From the UHGV virus genome UHGV-0201879: DNA of 64,000 nt; one strand, given 5' to 3'. Each line of letters starts with the position of its first letter. Positions within the stretch are counted from its first letter, which is position 1. A program made the translations under genes and the position numbers. The notes beneath the pieces were generated by a model. It did not search any database and was not told the DNA's origin. It was given only the letters and a program-made list of their open reading frames with translations. Shown piece after piece: positions 18,672-28,482 of this stretch. This DNA is from a virus.

Positions 18672-21047
18672 ATGCGAATGGTATCTGAACACGCAGAGGT
18701 TGTAAAAAGTTCACATAATCTGGAAACTGCACAGGCTCAAATCACCATGACTCCAGAGATGTTTAGTCTCTTAAGTTCTGGTGTTTACACTTACAAAGAG
18801 TTAGCAGTAATCCGTGAACTCTGCTGTAATGGTATTGATGCACAAATTGAAGCGGGTAATGGAGACAGACCACTTCGAGTACATCTTCCGACTCGTTTCG
18901 AACCTTACTTTGAAGTACGTGACTTCGGTACAGGTTTAAGTCATGAACTGGTGATGAAGCTGTATCTGAACTACGGTATGTCAACGAAGAATGACTCTAA
19001 CGACTTCATTGGTCAGATGGGTATCGGTTCTAAGTCTCCGTTTGCAATAGCTCAGTCATTCACGGTATCAAGTTATGTAGATGGTGTGGTAACTCGCTAC
19101 AGTGTCTATCTGGAACAGGGTATCCCTCAAGTAACTAAGCTGGCAACGAAAGAGACTGACGAAGAGAACGGTTTAGCTGTCCGTGTAGCTGTATCGACAG
19201 ACCGCATTCAACGTTTTCAGGAAGAGGCTGTAAAGGTTTTTGACTACTTCTCTGTTAAGCCTGAACTGAATATCGCCATTGGTAGCGAACTTGACAGGAT
19301 GAATACCATTGTAGAAGAGAAAGGTCGTTATGCAGCACGTCAGTATAAAGACCGTGGATACTCATCACGCTACGTTATCGAGTTCAACATTGTAATGGGA
19401 AACATTGCATACCCAGTCGACCTTAATAACACATTTGGTGAAGAAGCTAAAAACATGCTTCCTGACTATTTTCGTTCTAGCGTAGATTTGGTAGACATTT
19501 ACATGCCAATTGGTTCTGTAGCTGTTGCAGCTTCCCGTGAAGCACTTCAGATGAATGAACCTACGAAAGAAGCTATTAAGTTGGCTGTCAAAGACATTCA
19601 GGAGCGAATCATTGCAGATATCCTGAAAGACTTTGAAGGGTTTGAGACTTTACAAGAAGCTGCTGACCACTATCACAAACTCCGTGAAGAGGCCCGTGAT
19701 TTCTTCCTTCACTTAGCTTCACGTATTGAGTGGAAAGGTCAGAAACTTTCTGAAGTGGAAGAGCAACTCCTAAACTGTCGCAGAGGTCCAAAGTTTAACG
19801 CTGACGGAACACCTGTGTACATGAAAGATAAAGAGAACAACTTAATCCTCAATCTGGATAAGCAGCCTATACAGTTGGTTGATGAGTTGTACCCAAGCAT
19901 TGAGTATGTTAAGTACAATACTCTGGTACGGTCAACTCGTTCAGCGTCAACTATGCACGTTAACGGTGCAGAACGTTTCTCAATCTTTGGTGCAATGTGC
20001 CTTAAGAATTTGAAACGATATATCTTTGTAGTGAATGACCGTACACATAAAAACGGTACTAAGAAGACTGTCGGCAGAAACCAGATTCTTTTAGGCATCT
20101 GTAAGCTACGTGGTTCTGAAGAGGAACGTTTTAACTCTTACGAGGGTGCTGTGTACATCTTCAATTCAGAGCAACATCTGGATGATACGATTAAGTTACA
20201 TAAACTTGACCGTAGCACTATGAAGATTTATAAGATGAGTGAGCACGAAGAGTTTTACCAACCTGCTTCACGTAAGAAGTTAGGTCCAGTAAAAGTTTAC
20301 AAGGCAAACTACTCAAAAACTCAGAAGTGTACCCATGTACAGGAAGTGACAGAGGATTTCTCCACGATTGAGGAACCACAGTATTACATCCGTGCAGTAA
20401 ACGATGAAGTTGTAGGTGACTTGTTTAATGCTTCACCAAACCTTGTTATTGACCGACTTTCACTGTACCTTGAAAGCAATGTGTACATGTTCAGGAAGTC
20501 CAACTGGAAGAAGATTCCAGAAGATTGGGTGGAAGTGACCAGTGAAGTTTTAGAGGAACATTTGACTCCAGAGAAGTGGATTGATATGAACCGTCATGTC
20601 ACTAATAACACAGTTGCTCGCATACTCGATGTGACTGACTGTGGCGTTATTGCCCGTGAGTTTATGTTCAATAACCGTATCCAGCGACATGGATATGCTT
20701 ACGACTCTCAGATTAACAGTCTGTGTTTCTTAGAGGGTAATGAGGAAGCTCTGGAGAAGGTATTTGGGCGTTTAGCTTACTTTGCAGCACCTGTGGCTTA
20801 CAAGTATGTCTACAGTGGGCTGTACCAGCTTTCACACTCTTTAACTTTAAAGAGTAAGTTTGGTAAGAAGGTAAGAAATGCCAGAGGCCACATGGAAAAT
20901 CATGTGAAGAAGTATTACAAGCGTCGTGCAGAAAAAGAGTTCTTACTCCACAACGTTAACTGGCGTGTAGTCACTGCAAGGGATGTTTCTAAGTTCTTAG
21001 GTACTGAACTTGCATCGGTTCCAAAAGGTACAACAGTTTACGTTTAG
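18672..21047 (+). CDS. rIIA: rIIA protein
   Basis: N-terminal GHKL ATPase (IREL.CN..DA, VRDFGTG, G..GIGSKSPF) upstream of rIIB. Confidence 0.92.
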   Translation: MRMVSEHAEVVKSSHNLETAQAQITMTPEMFSLLSSGVYTYKELAVIRELCCNGIDAQIEAGNGDRPLRVHLPTRFEPYFEVRDFGTGLSHELVMKLYLNYGMSTKNDSNDFIGQMGIGSKSPFAIAQSFTVSSYVDGVVTRYSVYLEQGIPQVTKLATKETDEENGLAVRVAVSTDRIQRFQEEAVKVFDYFSVKPELNIAIGSELDRMNTIVEEKGRYAARQYKDRGYSSRYVIEFNIVMGNIAYPVDLNNTFGEEAKNMLPDYFRSSVDLVDIYMPIGSVAVAASREALQMNEPTKEAIKLAVKDIQERIIADILKDFEGFETLQEAADHYHKLREEARDFFLHLASRIEWKGQKLSEVEEQLLNCRRGPKFNADGTPVYMKDKENNLILNLDKQPIQLVDELYPSIEYVKYNTLVRSTRSASTMHVNGAERFSIFGAMCLKNLKRYIFVVNDRTHKNGTKKTVGRNQILLGICKLRGSEEERFNSYEGAVYIFNSEQHLDDTIKLHKLDRSTMKIYKMSEHEEFYQPASRKKLGPVKVYKANYSKTQKCTHVQEVTEDFSTIEEPQYYIRAVNDEVVGDLFNASPNLVIDRLSLYLESNVYMFRKSNWKKIPEDWVEVTSEVLEEHLTPEKWIDMNRHVTNNTVARILDVTDCGVIAREFMFNNRIQRHGYAYDSQINSLCFLEGNEEALEKVFGRLAYFAAPVAYKYVYSGLYQLSHSLTLKSKFGKKVRNARGHMENHVKKYYKRRAEKEFLLHNVNWRVVTARDVSKFLGTELASVPKGTTVYV

Positions 21048-21050
21048 TTA

Positions 21051-21079
21051 TTGACAGGGGGCTGCAAAGCCCCTAGAAT
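21051..21079 (+). promoter_or_regulatory. sigma70 promoter with palindromic spacer
   Basis: TTGACA-17-TAGAAT; spacer GGGGGCTGCAAAGCCCC. Confidence 0.85.
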
Positions 21080-21125
21080 GAACCCCGTTAAGACAAACAA
21101 GTAATTACTAAGAGAGAGATAAAAG

Positions 21126-22223
21126 ATGGCTACAGTAACTAAAGCAATGATTGACCAAGAAATCTACAAACTGGTTAAAGAAGGCAAGATGACGAAGACT
21201 GCGATTGCAGCTAAGTATAACACCTCAACCCGTTCAGTTGGACGTGCAGTAGAACGTGTAGAGGCAGCTATGAAAGCTGGCAAGTCTAAGGCTAAACCAA
21301 AGTCTAAAGCAAAGACTTCTGTAAAAGACCTTGCTAAGTCTGCAACTCAAAAAACTCCTGTTGCAGTTGCCGTCAAAGCTGAAATGCCAAAGACCCTTCA
21401 AGAGATGGTTATGAATGGCGACAAGCCAGAGTATATCATCACTGGCGACTCTGTTATCCTGACAGCAGGTGATGCAGAACCGGAAATTGTTGAGTCAACT
21501 CACCCAAGCTATGAAGAAATCGTAGTAGCAGTTGTTAAGGGTGACTTCGAGAAAGCACTGAAGCTGATGAACATCCGTAAGAGTATTGAAGATTTTAGCC
21601 GTGGATGTATCCAGATTAAAGGTGAAAAACTCTTCTACGGTGCTGTTGAAGTACGTTCTACTCTGGCAGACCGAATCATCGAAGCGATGCGTAACGGTGA
21701 AGAAGGCTTTGAATCTCTGGTTAACTTCTTCGAGAAGCTGATGGAAAACCCATCCAAACAGTCTGTTGAACAACTGTGGGGCTTCATCTCTCACCTTGAT
21801 GTAGAGATTGACAAAGATGGTTACATCATCGGTTGGAAGAAAGTACAAAGCAAGGCTGACGGTTCTCTGGTAGACAGTCACACTCACAAAGTACCTAATG
21901 ATTTGGGTAACTTGGTTGAGATGCCTCGTTGGATGGTTGATAATGACCCTAACCGTACTTGCTCTCAGGGCTTACATGTCGGTGCATGGGATTATGTATC
22001 TTGCTTTGGTGGCAATACTATCCTGAAAGTTCGTGTCCATCCTCGTGATGTGGTATCCGTACCAGTTGACTACGACGACATGAAGATGCGTGTATCAGCT
22101 TACGAGTCCTTTGCGATTGTCGATAGCAACCGTAAAGTTATTAAGACTCACTCTGGCACTGGTGGATATCGTGTGGTCATCGGCACTAACGGTGAGTTAA
22201 TCTCCAAGACAGAACGCGTTTAA
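21126..22223 (+). CDS. rIIB: rIIB protein
   Basis: N-terminal HTH, ENPS..SVEQL..F, CSQGLHVG, V.P.DVVSVP.DY. Confidence 0.93.
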   Translation: MATVTKAMIDQEIYKLVKEGKMTKTAIAAKYNTSTRSVGRAVERVEAAMKAGKSKAKPKSKAKTSVKDLAKSATQKTPVAVAVKAEMPKTLQEMVMNGDKPEYIITGDSVILTAGDAEPEIVESTHPSYEEIVVAVVKGDFEKALKLMNIRKSIEDFSRGCIQIKGEKLFYGAVEVRSTLADRIIEAMRNGEEGFESLVNFFEKLMENPSKQSVEQLWGFISHLDVEIDKDGYIIGWKKVQSKADGSLVDSHTHKVPNDLGNLVEMPRWMVDNDPNRTCSQGLHVGAWDYVSCFGGNTILKVRVHPRDVVSVPVDYDDMKMRVSAYESFAIVDSNRKVIKTHSGTGGYRVVIGTNGELISKTERV

Positions 22224-22234
22224 TAGTTTACAAT

Positions 22235-22257
22235 AGGCTACTTCGGTAGCCTTTTTT
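22235..22257 (+). terminator. intrinsic terminator
   Basis: AGGCTAC-TTCG-GTAGCCT + T run. Confidence 0.85.
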
Positions 22258-22272
22258 GATATGGGAAGATGA

Positions 22273-23172
22273 ATGGCTAAAGCAGAACTTGATAAATACT
22301 ACACACCAGATGAAGTGATAAGAGTGTGTGAAGAGGAACTACAAAAGGTCTTTAAAGGCACTATTTCGTGCACCATAGACCCCTGTGCAGGTGACGGAAG
22401 GTGGAAAGAATCTTTTAAGAGAGTTTGCCAAGATGTTGTGTTGTACGACATAGAACCAGACTCAGAAGATGTTAGCCAGAAAGACTTCCTGAAAGAGGAT
22501 TTAGAGACTCCAGACAAGCCTTTTGCAATTGTTACCAATCCTCCATTTGGTAAAGCAAACAGCCTGTCTACAAAGGTCTTTAACAAGGCTGCTACAATGA
22601 ATCCAGACTACATCTGCTTCCTAGTTCCTATTAACTTTGGGAAGAAGAATCTTAGCAGACTTAGCAGGGAGTACACCTGCATTAGTGAAGTAGAACTGCC
22701 TAACCTTCACTTTGAAAGGCTTGATGGAGTTACCTACTCATCAAAAGAGTCATCGCTACGCTGTAATTTCCAAATCTGGAAGAGACAAAAGCGTACAGAT
22801 AAGATTTGCAAGATTGAACCTACGATAGTTGACGGTGTGAGAGTTTATAAGCGTGAGAAGTTCACACTGTACAGGCCACCATGTCACAAGGTTGATGGTA
22901 AAGAGCAGCCAGTAGGTGTTTTGGGTAAACTGGATGGTAAAGACGTGTTCACGATTATTACACATGGTCGTAAGGCTGGTACTGTGAAGGCTTTTGAACC
23001 AGATAAAGACAAAGTGTCAGTGAAACAGTTTATCGAACCTCACGTAGAAGGGCTTTACTCAACAATTCAGCAGGATTGGTTCGACGATTTGAGAGATGGC
23101 TTTGCATTGAGTCATGCAGGTTCTATCAACTCTCAAGAAATCATAGAAACTTTAGAAAAACATTTGCATTGA
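22273..23172 (+). CDS. N6-adenine DNA methyltransferase-like protein
   Basis: YYTP (motif X), DPCAGDG (motif I), DFL, TNPPF (motif IV). Confidence 0.85.
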   Translation: MAKAELDKYYTPDEVIRVCEEELQKVFKGTISCTIDPCAGDGRWKESFKRVCQDVVLYDIEPDSEDVSQKDFLKEDLETPDKPFAIVTNPPFGKANSLSTKVFNKAATMNPDYICFLVPINFGKKNLSRLSREYTCISEVELPNLHFERLDGVTYSSKESSLRCNFQIWKRQKRTDKICKIEPTIVDGVRVYKREKFTLYRPPCHKVDGKEQPVGVLGKLDGKDVFTIITHGRKAGTVKAFEPDKDKVSVKQFIEPHVEGLYSTIQQDWFDDLRDGFALSHAGSINSQEIIETLEKHLH

Positions 23173-23192
23173 TAAAAGAATCTGTATAGTAT
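23164..23192 (+). promoter_or_regulatory. sigma70 promoter
   Basis: TTGCAT-17-TAGTAT. Confidence 0.6.
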
Positions 23193-23227
23193 ACCTGTAA
23201 ACAAACCAAGTAGACGAGAGAGCAACT

Positions 23228-24067
23228 ATGAAATTTAAAGAGTTCCAGAGCAAAACACCTTGCAAGATTGACTTCGTTTGTGGTGTAGCTTCTTTCTTCA
23301 TGGGTTACATGGACTGGGCTAACTGTGCAAAGCCTTACTCAGCAAACCGTAGCATTGAGCGACGTATTGCTAAACCGTACCTTAATGAAGAACTTCGTGA
23401 GGTTGACTTGCGTTCACGTGTTACAGGTGTACTGTTCAATGGGGAAGTCATCAACATTGATTCTCATGCACGTGTAGAAAACTGGAAGAATGGTAAACTG
23501 GGTTCACCTAAGAATGGCCTTGTCTATGTGACACTGTTTGCTGTTGATTCACAGGAAGAGGTAGACTTCCTCTATGACCAAGAAAACTCACTGGATTCAC
23601 GAGCTACGAATGGGGACCAAGTAACAACTGCAATCCTACGTTCCGGTTACAAACCGCAGACAGCATTCACTAAGAAATTTACTGGTGCTGGCGTATGGGC
23701 CTTGTTAGGTCTTCGTGGTTGCCTTGATGAAGCCTTTGTACTCTATCAGGAAGAACTCAAACTTATTGATGCACTGAACATTGATAAGAGTGAGATGGAT
23801 AAGTATAAAGAGAAGACTGTGAACGGTGTTAAGCAGAAGTGCGAACTCCGTAAAAAGTATTCCGCTCCTATTATGGCAGCAATGCTTAAGAGCTTTAAAG
23901 AGAATCCTGAAAAGGCTACAAAGTTCTGGTTAGCTTACCGTGATGGGGATGAGGCTGTAAGTAACTTCTTAGCTGCCATTAAGACTCAGTATGACCAGAA
24001 TGGCGGTGTGTTCCAAGGCTATGTAATGTCACAAGCTGACGTTGCATTCAGAGCTTACAAGGACTGA
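23228..24067 (+). CDS. hypothetical protein, possible ParB/Srx-like N-terminal domain
   Basis: GEVINIDSHAR resembles the (L/I)IDGHHR motif. Confidence 0.6.
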   Translation: MKFKEFQSKTPCKIDFVCGVASFFMGYMDWANCAKPYSANRSIERRIAKPYLNEELREVDLRSRVTGVLFNGEVINIDSHARVENWKNGKLGSPKNGLVYVTLFAVDSQEEVDFLYDQENSLDSRATNGDQVTTAILRSGYKPQTAFTKKFTGAGVWALLGLRGCLDEAFVLYQEELKLIDALNIDKSEMDKYKEKTVNGVKQKCELRKKYSAPIMAAMLKSFKENPEKATKFWLAYRDGDEAVSNFLAAIKTQYDQNGGVFQGYVMSQADVAFRAYKD

Positions 24068-24068
24068 T

Positions 24069-24302
24069 ATGCAAGTTAAAAAGATGATGGTAAGGTTTGC
24101 TCTCAAGTATCTGGGGGCAGCTACACAGTACGAGGTAGCAGAATACCTCTCTAAAAAGTTTGGTAAAAAGTATCTCCCATCGGATTTTACACAGGCTTTC
24201 ATAGACTTAGAGAAGACGAGAACTATCACTAAGTTGGCTGTTAAGCGTCGTAACTTTCGTGATGGGAAACCTATGGGTTTTGGGAACCTCTACGTCATGT
24301 AA
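24069..24302 (+). CDS. small basic putative winged-helix protein
   Basis: 77 aa, ATQYEVAEYL helix pattern. Confidence 0.6.
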   Translation: MQVKKMMVRFALKYLGAATQYEVAEYLSKKFGKKYLPSDFTQAFIDLEKTRTITKLAVKRRNFRDGKPMGFGNLYVM

Positions 24303-24308
24303 CTAAAA

Positions 24309-24331
24309 GGGCTACTTCGGTAGCCTTTTTT
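24309..24331 (+). terminator. intrinsic terminator
   Basis: GGGCTAC-TTCG-GTAGCCT + T run, near-identical to 22235. Confidence 0.85.
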
Positions 24332-24386
24332 ATTTGCAATCTGTGCAGAGGTGTATATAATAATCTTTATAGAAAACGGAGGACGT

Positions 24387-24908
24387 ATGAAGAAAATCAT
24401 TTTCATTTTGTGCTTATTACTTACAAGTTTTGGCGTACTCGCTGGGGAAGATTGCCCTAGTCTGTCCTTTAGCCAGAAAGTCAACATGATGAAAGCATAT
24501 CACTACGGTGAGACTCAAATGGGTAAAGGTTGGGGAATCACTCTGGCAGCTATAGCTTTTCAAGAGTCCGATTTAGGTATGAACGTCATCAATAAGAAGA
24601 CACAAGATTATGGAATCTTCCAGAATCACCTGAAGACTGTTGTAAAGCGTAACAAGGTTAGTGCTAACTATGCAAAGGCAAAGCTACTCAACGACTTTGA
24701 TTATGCTGTCAAAGAGACACACAAAGAGCTTCAATTCTGGGCTAAAGTGCACGGTAAAAATAAAGGAAGCGTCTCTTTACATAAGGTTTTAGCCTCTTAT
24801 AATGGTGGGTACGCTTACCATAAAGAAGCACCGCAGAAGTACTCTAAAGAAGTCTTCGCAAACATGAAGGTCTTAGCTACCTGTGAATTAGTCAACAACT
24901 TGAAATAA
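24387..24908 (+). CDS. lytic transglycosylase (SLT-like) with signal peptide
   Basis: MKKIIFIL..VLA signal; AIA.QES, YGIFQ, ASYNGG motifs. Confidence 0.85.
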   Translation: MKKIIFILCLLLTSFGVLAGEDCPSLSFSQKVNMMKAYHYGETQMGKGWGITLAAIAFQESDLGMNVINKKTQDYGIFQNHLKTVVKRNKVSANYAKAKLLNDFDYAVKETHKELQFWAKVHGKNKGSVSLHKVLASYNGGYAYHKEAPQKYSKEVFANMKVLATCELVNNLK

Positions 24909-24916
24909 GGTAAAAC

Positions 24917-25606
24917 ATGTTACACGCTAAAACAAAGGTTTTCGGTCACGCTTATGGTGTTAACCCTGCTGACGTAGGTATTAAAAACTCTGAACAGTGG
25001 TCTAAACAGCGTTTAGAAGACTTCGAAGACACTGCACGACAAGTGACATGTCTGTTTGAAGACTTCCACAGCTACACAGACACTATTAAGTGTGTCGATG
25101 AACTTACTGGTCACACGTTGATTGTACCAAAGGACAACTTTACACTCGTATCCCGTGATAGCAGTGTTAAGACGAAGATAGTAGTTTGCGATATTGATGG
25201 CGTACTCACTAACTACAATCCAGAAACCTGTGAAACACTTATGCGAGATGGTACATCACGTTTATACGCTGACATAGCCTTCTCAGAGAGTGCAGAAGGC
25301 ACTTACATGACACGAATGGTCAATGCTATGACGAAGGTTGCACGATTGGCCTTCCTGACAGCACGTGGAGAGTCTCAGAAGGTTCCTACACACCGTTTCT
25401 TAGACCGTTACCACGAAGACTACATGTTGTTTATGCGTGGATTCTGTGCAAACAGTTTTCCAGCAGATAGACTGAAAGTTCGTATGCTTCAGTCTTGCAT
25501 TTTACCGTACTATGATGTAGAGTGCTTTATAGAAGATTCGTTAGAGAACATTGAGAAGGTCAAACGAGTCTTACCAGAAATTAAAACGTTCCTTATCCAA
25601 CATTGA
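24917..25606 (+). CDS. HAD-family phosphatase (polynucleotide kinase phosphatase-like)
   Basis: CDIDGVL, LTARGE, LFMR, FIEDS. Confidence 0.85.
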   Translation: MLHAKTKVFGHAYGVNPADVGIKNSEQWSKQRLEDFEDTARQVTCLFEDFHSYTDTIKCVDELTGHTLIVPKDNFTLVSRDSSVKTKIVVCDIDGVLTNYNPETCETLMRDGTSRLYADIAFSESAEGTYMTRMVNAMTKVARLAFLTARGESQKVPTHRFLDRYHEDYMLFMRGFCANSFPADRLKVRMLQSCILPYYDVECFIEDSLENIEKVKRVLPEIKTFLIQH

Positions 25607-25617
25607 GAGAGATGAGT

Positions 25618-26082
25618 ATGAAACACATTATTACTGTAGCAATTGACGCAACCGGAAACAAAAGCGAAGCAGTACGTAAGATTATCCGTGACAACTACAA
25701 CGGTCGTATCTTCCGTGCCGTCAACGTAAAAGCTGACGGTGAAATCCGTGAGTACCGTGCTGCATTAAATGTTTCTAAGCATGTTAAGGGTGTTGGTTCT
25801 ACAACAGCACACAAACCAAACCTGCTAACCATCTACGATATGGGTAAGGCTTCACAGTTGGGTGCAGAAGGCATCTCTATTGAGGGTGCTCCTTATCGCT
25901 CATTCAACCTCGAAACTGCTTTAATGCTTTCCTTCACAGCGGGTAATCAGACTACCACGTATCTCTTTACAGATGCTGCAACGGTATCTGCTATTAAGGA
26001 TGACAAGGTGCGTTCAGGTGTTTCGGCAGCAGCTAAAACATCCTCAACGGCTGCAACAATCCTTGCAAGTGTTCTCGGATAG
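25618..26082 (+). CDS. hypothetical protein (SH3-like fold possible)
   Basis: K.DGE.R...YRSFNL pattern; followed by terminator. Confidence 0.75.
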   Translation: MKHIITVAIDATGNKSEAVRKIIRDNYNGRIFRAVNVKADGEIREYRAALNVSKHVKGVGSTTAHKPNLLTIYDMGKASQLGAEGISIEGAPYRSFNLETALMLSFTAGNQTTTYLFTDAATVSAIKDDKVRSGVSAAAKTSSTAATILASVLG

Positions 26083-26092
26083 TAATACAATC

Positions 26093-26116
26093 AAGCCTCC
26101 TAACGGGGGCTTTTTT
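26093..26116 (+). terminator. intrinsic terminator
   Basis: AAGCCTCC-TAAC-GGGGGCTTTTTT. Confidence 0.8.
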
Positions 26117-26130
26117 ATTTGGAGATTGAA

Positions 26131-26487
26131 ATGGGCTTTAACGATTTTTATAAAGCAGGTTTTGCAGTCCTCTTCTTGATTGCCACTGGTGCATGGATGG
26201 GTTACTCTTTCAGAGACTACCAAGAAACTTTACAGGAACTTTCTAATGAGAAAGCTGTGAGTGTTGCCAAGGATGCCTATCAAGAAGGACTGCAAAATCT
26301 CAGCACCAATTACAAAAACGATTTGAAAGACGTGCTTAAGAACAATAAGCACACGAAAGAGGTAATTACCCGTGAAAAGACTAAGCCAGTCTTCCTTAAT
26401 AATTGCGCTAGTAATGATTATGTCGGGATGTTCAACAACCAAAGTGAGCAGTACCTTCAAAAATTACCAAGTGACAGCGGAAGATAA
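26131..26487 (+). CDS. i-spanin (Rz-like)
   Basis: N-terminal TM, coiled coil, C-terminal Cys; overlapped by lipoprotein ORF. Confidence 0.8.
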   Translation: MGFNDFYKAGFAVLFLIATGAWMGYSFRDYQETLQELSNEKAVSVAKDAYQEGLQNLSTNYKNDLKDVLKNNKHTKEVITREKTKPVFLNNCASNDYVGMFNNQSEQYLQKLPSDSGR

Positions 26488-26650
26488 ATACTCGAAAGAG
26501 GCAGTAGAACATAAACTGTCGGGTACGACAGGCCTTGAAATGTCGGAGTCTCTGGAGTACTTTAGAGACAGATTTTACGAGTGCACAATAAAAGCTAACA
26601 ATTTAATTGATATGATTCTTTTGGAGAACTCACAGGATGGAACAGACTAA
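26372..26650 (+). CDS. o-spanin (Rz1-like lipoprotein)
   Basis: GAGGT RBS, GTG start, lipobox IMSG-C, overlaps the i-spanin 3' end. Confidence 0.8.
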   Translation: MKRLSQSSLIIALVMIMSGCSTTKVSSTFKNYQVTAEDKYSKEAVEHKLSGTTGLEMSESLEYFRDRFYECTIKANNLIDMILLENSQDGTD

Positions 26651-26894
26651 CTACCTAGAAGGCTACATGATTGTACCAAAAGGGGAGAAGTATAAACGTG
26701 TAGACTTCGTTCCTATTGCGATGACAGAAGTGATGACACATGTGTTTATGCGTGGTATTACCTCCATACTCCGCAGTTTTAACCTAGGACATCACATACA
26801 GTGTGACAAAGACGACTTAACCAATGAGTTCACATACACTTGGTGCAACGTCGATTCTAAAGAAATTTATGCAGTAATAAAAGTGAGGCAGTAA
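26637..26894 (+). CDS. hypothetical protein
   Basis: 85 aa coupled ORF. Confidence 0.7.
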   Translation: MEQTNYLEGYMIVPKGEKYKRVDFVPIAMTEVMTHVFMRGITSILRSFNLGHHIQCDKDDLTNEFTYTWCNVDSKEIYAVIKVRQ

Positions 26895-27220
26895 TGTTAC
26901 ATGAAGGAAGAGTGATTGTTGCAGTCTTCAAAGAAGACGATAAAGATGTTGGTGTAGCCCAGATTTCACTAGGTCCACAAGGTTACTTCTATGGTGTCGT
27001 TGCTAAGACGAACTGTGAAGGACATGAAAAATCTTTCAAAGATTGTGTAGATATCTTAGAAGAATCTGTGCATAATCAGTGGTGTCTTATCTGGACAAAC
27101 TTAGAAGATACTAAGAAGTATCATCCAGAGCTTGCCAACATTACGGGAGTCTACCACGTAGACCTCTACGAATTAACAGAGAGAGTAAATTATGAAAGCG
27201 CTAGAGATTCAGAGCAGTAA
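26894..27220 (+). CDS. hypothetical protein
   Basis: 108 aa, TAATG coupling. Confidence 0.7.
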   Translation: MLHEGRVIVAVFKEDDKDVGVAQISLGPQGYFYGVVAKTNCEGHEKSFKDCVDILEESVHNQWCLIWTNLEDTKKYHPELANITGVYHVDLYELTERVNYESARDSEQ

Positions 27221-27440
27221 GAGTGGTGAGGTAATTGCAGCTTGTGTCATCGTTTCTGACACTCGTTGTGTACCTTTCCTAGACCTTGACTGTCTGCCAG
27301 AAAGCAGACTCATCTGTCTGGAAGAGTACCTATCAGACCCTATGTTCGCCACTATGCCAACTGAACTGTTTAAAACATACTTTGCAGTTGATGATTCTAT
27401 TATCGTTGAAAGAGAGATTAAAGATGGCCGAATTTTGTAA
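27192..27440 (+). CDS. hypothetical protein
   Basis: 82 aa ORF. Confidence 0.65.
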   Translation: MKALEIQSSKSGEVIAACVIVSDTRCVPFLDLDCLPESRLICLEEYLSDPMFATMPTELFKTYFAVDDSIIVEREIKDGRIL

Positions 27441-27624
27441 GACTTGCTCAGAAGAGATGTTTGGCAAGGCTGGTAAAGACTTTGCAGGACTTGTTTCAGA
27501 GCATGAGTTCAAAGAGCAAGGCTTAGCAGCTTCAGTTTTGTGTGAAGGTTGTGGCTTTATCTACGTAGATAACACAGGCCACCGTGTAAAATCTAACAGC
27601 AACAAAGAGTGGGAGAGATACTAA
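27424..27624 (+). CDS. small zinc-binding protein
   Basis: MAEFCKTCS...LCEGCG. Confidence 0.75.
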   Translation: MAEFCKTCSEEMFGKAGKDFAGLVSEHEFKEQGLAASVLCEGCGFIYVDNTGHRVKSNSNKEWERY

Positions 27625-28403
27625 TGGGCGTTGTAAAAGTTGTGAAAGGTAACTTACTAGCTGCCTTCAAAAACACAGACATTGAACTTATTGCTCATGG
27701 TTGTAACTGTCGTAACCTCATGGGTGCTGGGATTGCCCAGAAGATTGCTAAGATGTTCCCAAAAGCTGAAGAGGCTGACCGGAAGTTCCATAAAAAGCAC
27801 GGTTACAGCGCTCACGATATCGGATACCAGATGATTGGTGAGGTGTCACATGCTCGAACGGAGTACGGTTACATTTTTAACCTGTACACACAGTTGGATG
27901 TTGGGAAGTGTGCGTCATACCAATACTTAGTGGAGTCACTAGAAAAACTCCGTAAGTTCTGCTGGATGCACAGCGTTCGTAAGATTGGCTTACCTATGAT
28001 TGGTGCAGGTATCGGTGGGTTAGACGCACAAGCTGTGAAAAGCCTTATCAATAGCGTCATGTACAACGTCGATGTATACCTTTACGTCTATGATGCAGAG
28101 ATGGCAAGTGTAGTTACCCCTAAGTACTCTACCACAGCACCACAATTTTACGATGGTGTCGTGCTTAGTGACGGTAAGACTAATCAAGTTACCCTCTATC
28201 AGTTGGTTGAAGGCAGGGTGGAGGTTAGTTACCCTCTGGTTAGTGAGATGGGTATGTGCAACAGTGAAATGTTCTCAATCGACCCGTTTGGACGTTACGA
28301 AGGGGTGTTCTTTGATAACTACCCAGCAGCGTACATCTACACAACAAATCAGGATGAAGTTCACTACTTGCTGTACTCTAAAAAGTTCAAGTTCATAAGC
28401 TGA
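27624..28403 (+). CDS. macrodomain (ADP-ribose-binding/hydrolase) protein with C-terminal extension
   Basis: KGNL, AHGCNC..MGAGIA, NLYTQ, P.IGAGIGGL. Confidence 0.9.
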   Translation: MGVVKVVKGNLLAAFKNTDIELIAHGCNCRNLMGAGIAQKIAKMFPKAEEADRKFHKKHGYSAHDIGYQMIGEVSHARTEYGYIFNLYTQLDVGKCASYQYLVESLEKLRKFCWMHSVRKIGLPMIGAGIGGLDAQAVKSLINSVMYNVDVYLYVYDAEMASVVTPKYSTTAPQFYDGVVLSDGKTNQVTLYQLVEGRVEVSYPLVSEMGMCNSEMFSIDPFGRYEGVFFDNYPAAYIYTTNQDEVHYLLYSKKFKFIS

Positions 28404-28482
28404 TTAGAACTCTACAGTATCTATAAAGCTGTCTAAGAAGGCTGCCTAACTCATTGAAAAAATTGAGGAAAGGCGGCCTTTT

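Noticed and set aside
22273..24067. Complete restriction-modification system
   Set aside because: The neighbouring ORF has no recognisable PD-(D/E)xK, HNH or GIY-YIG motif and has its own promoter
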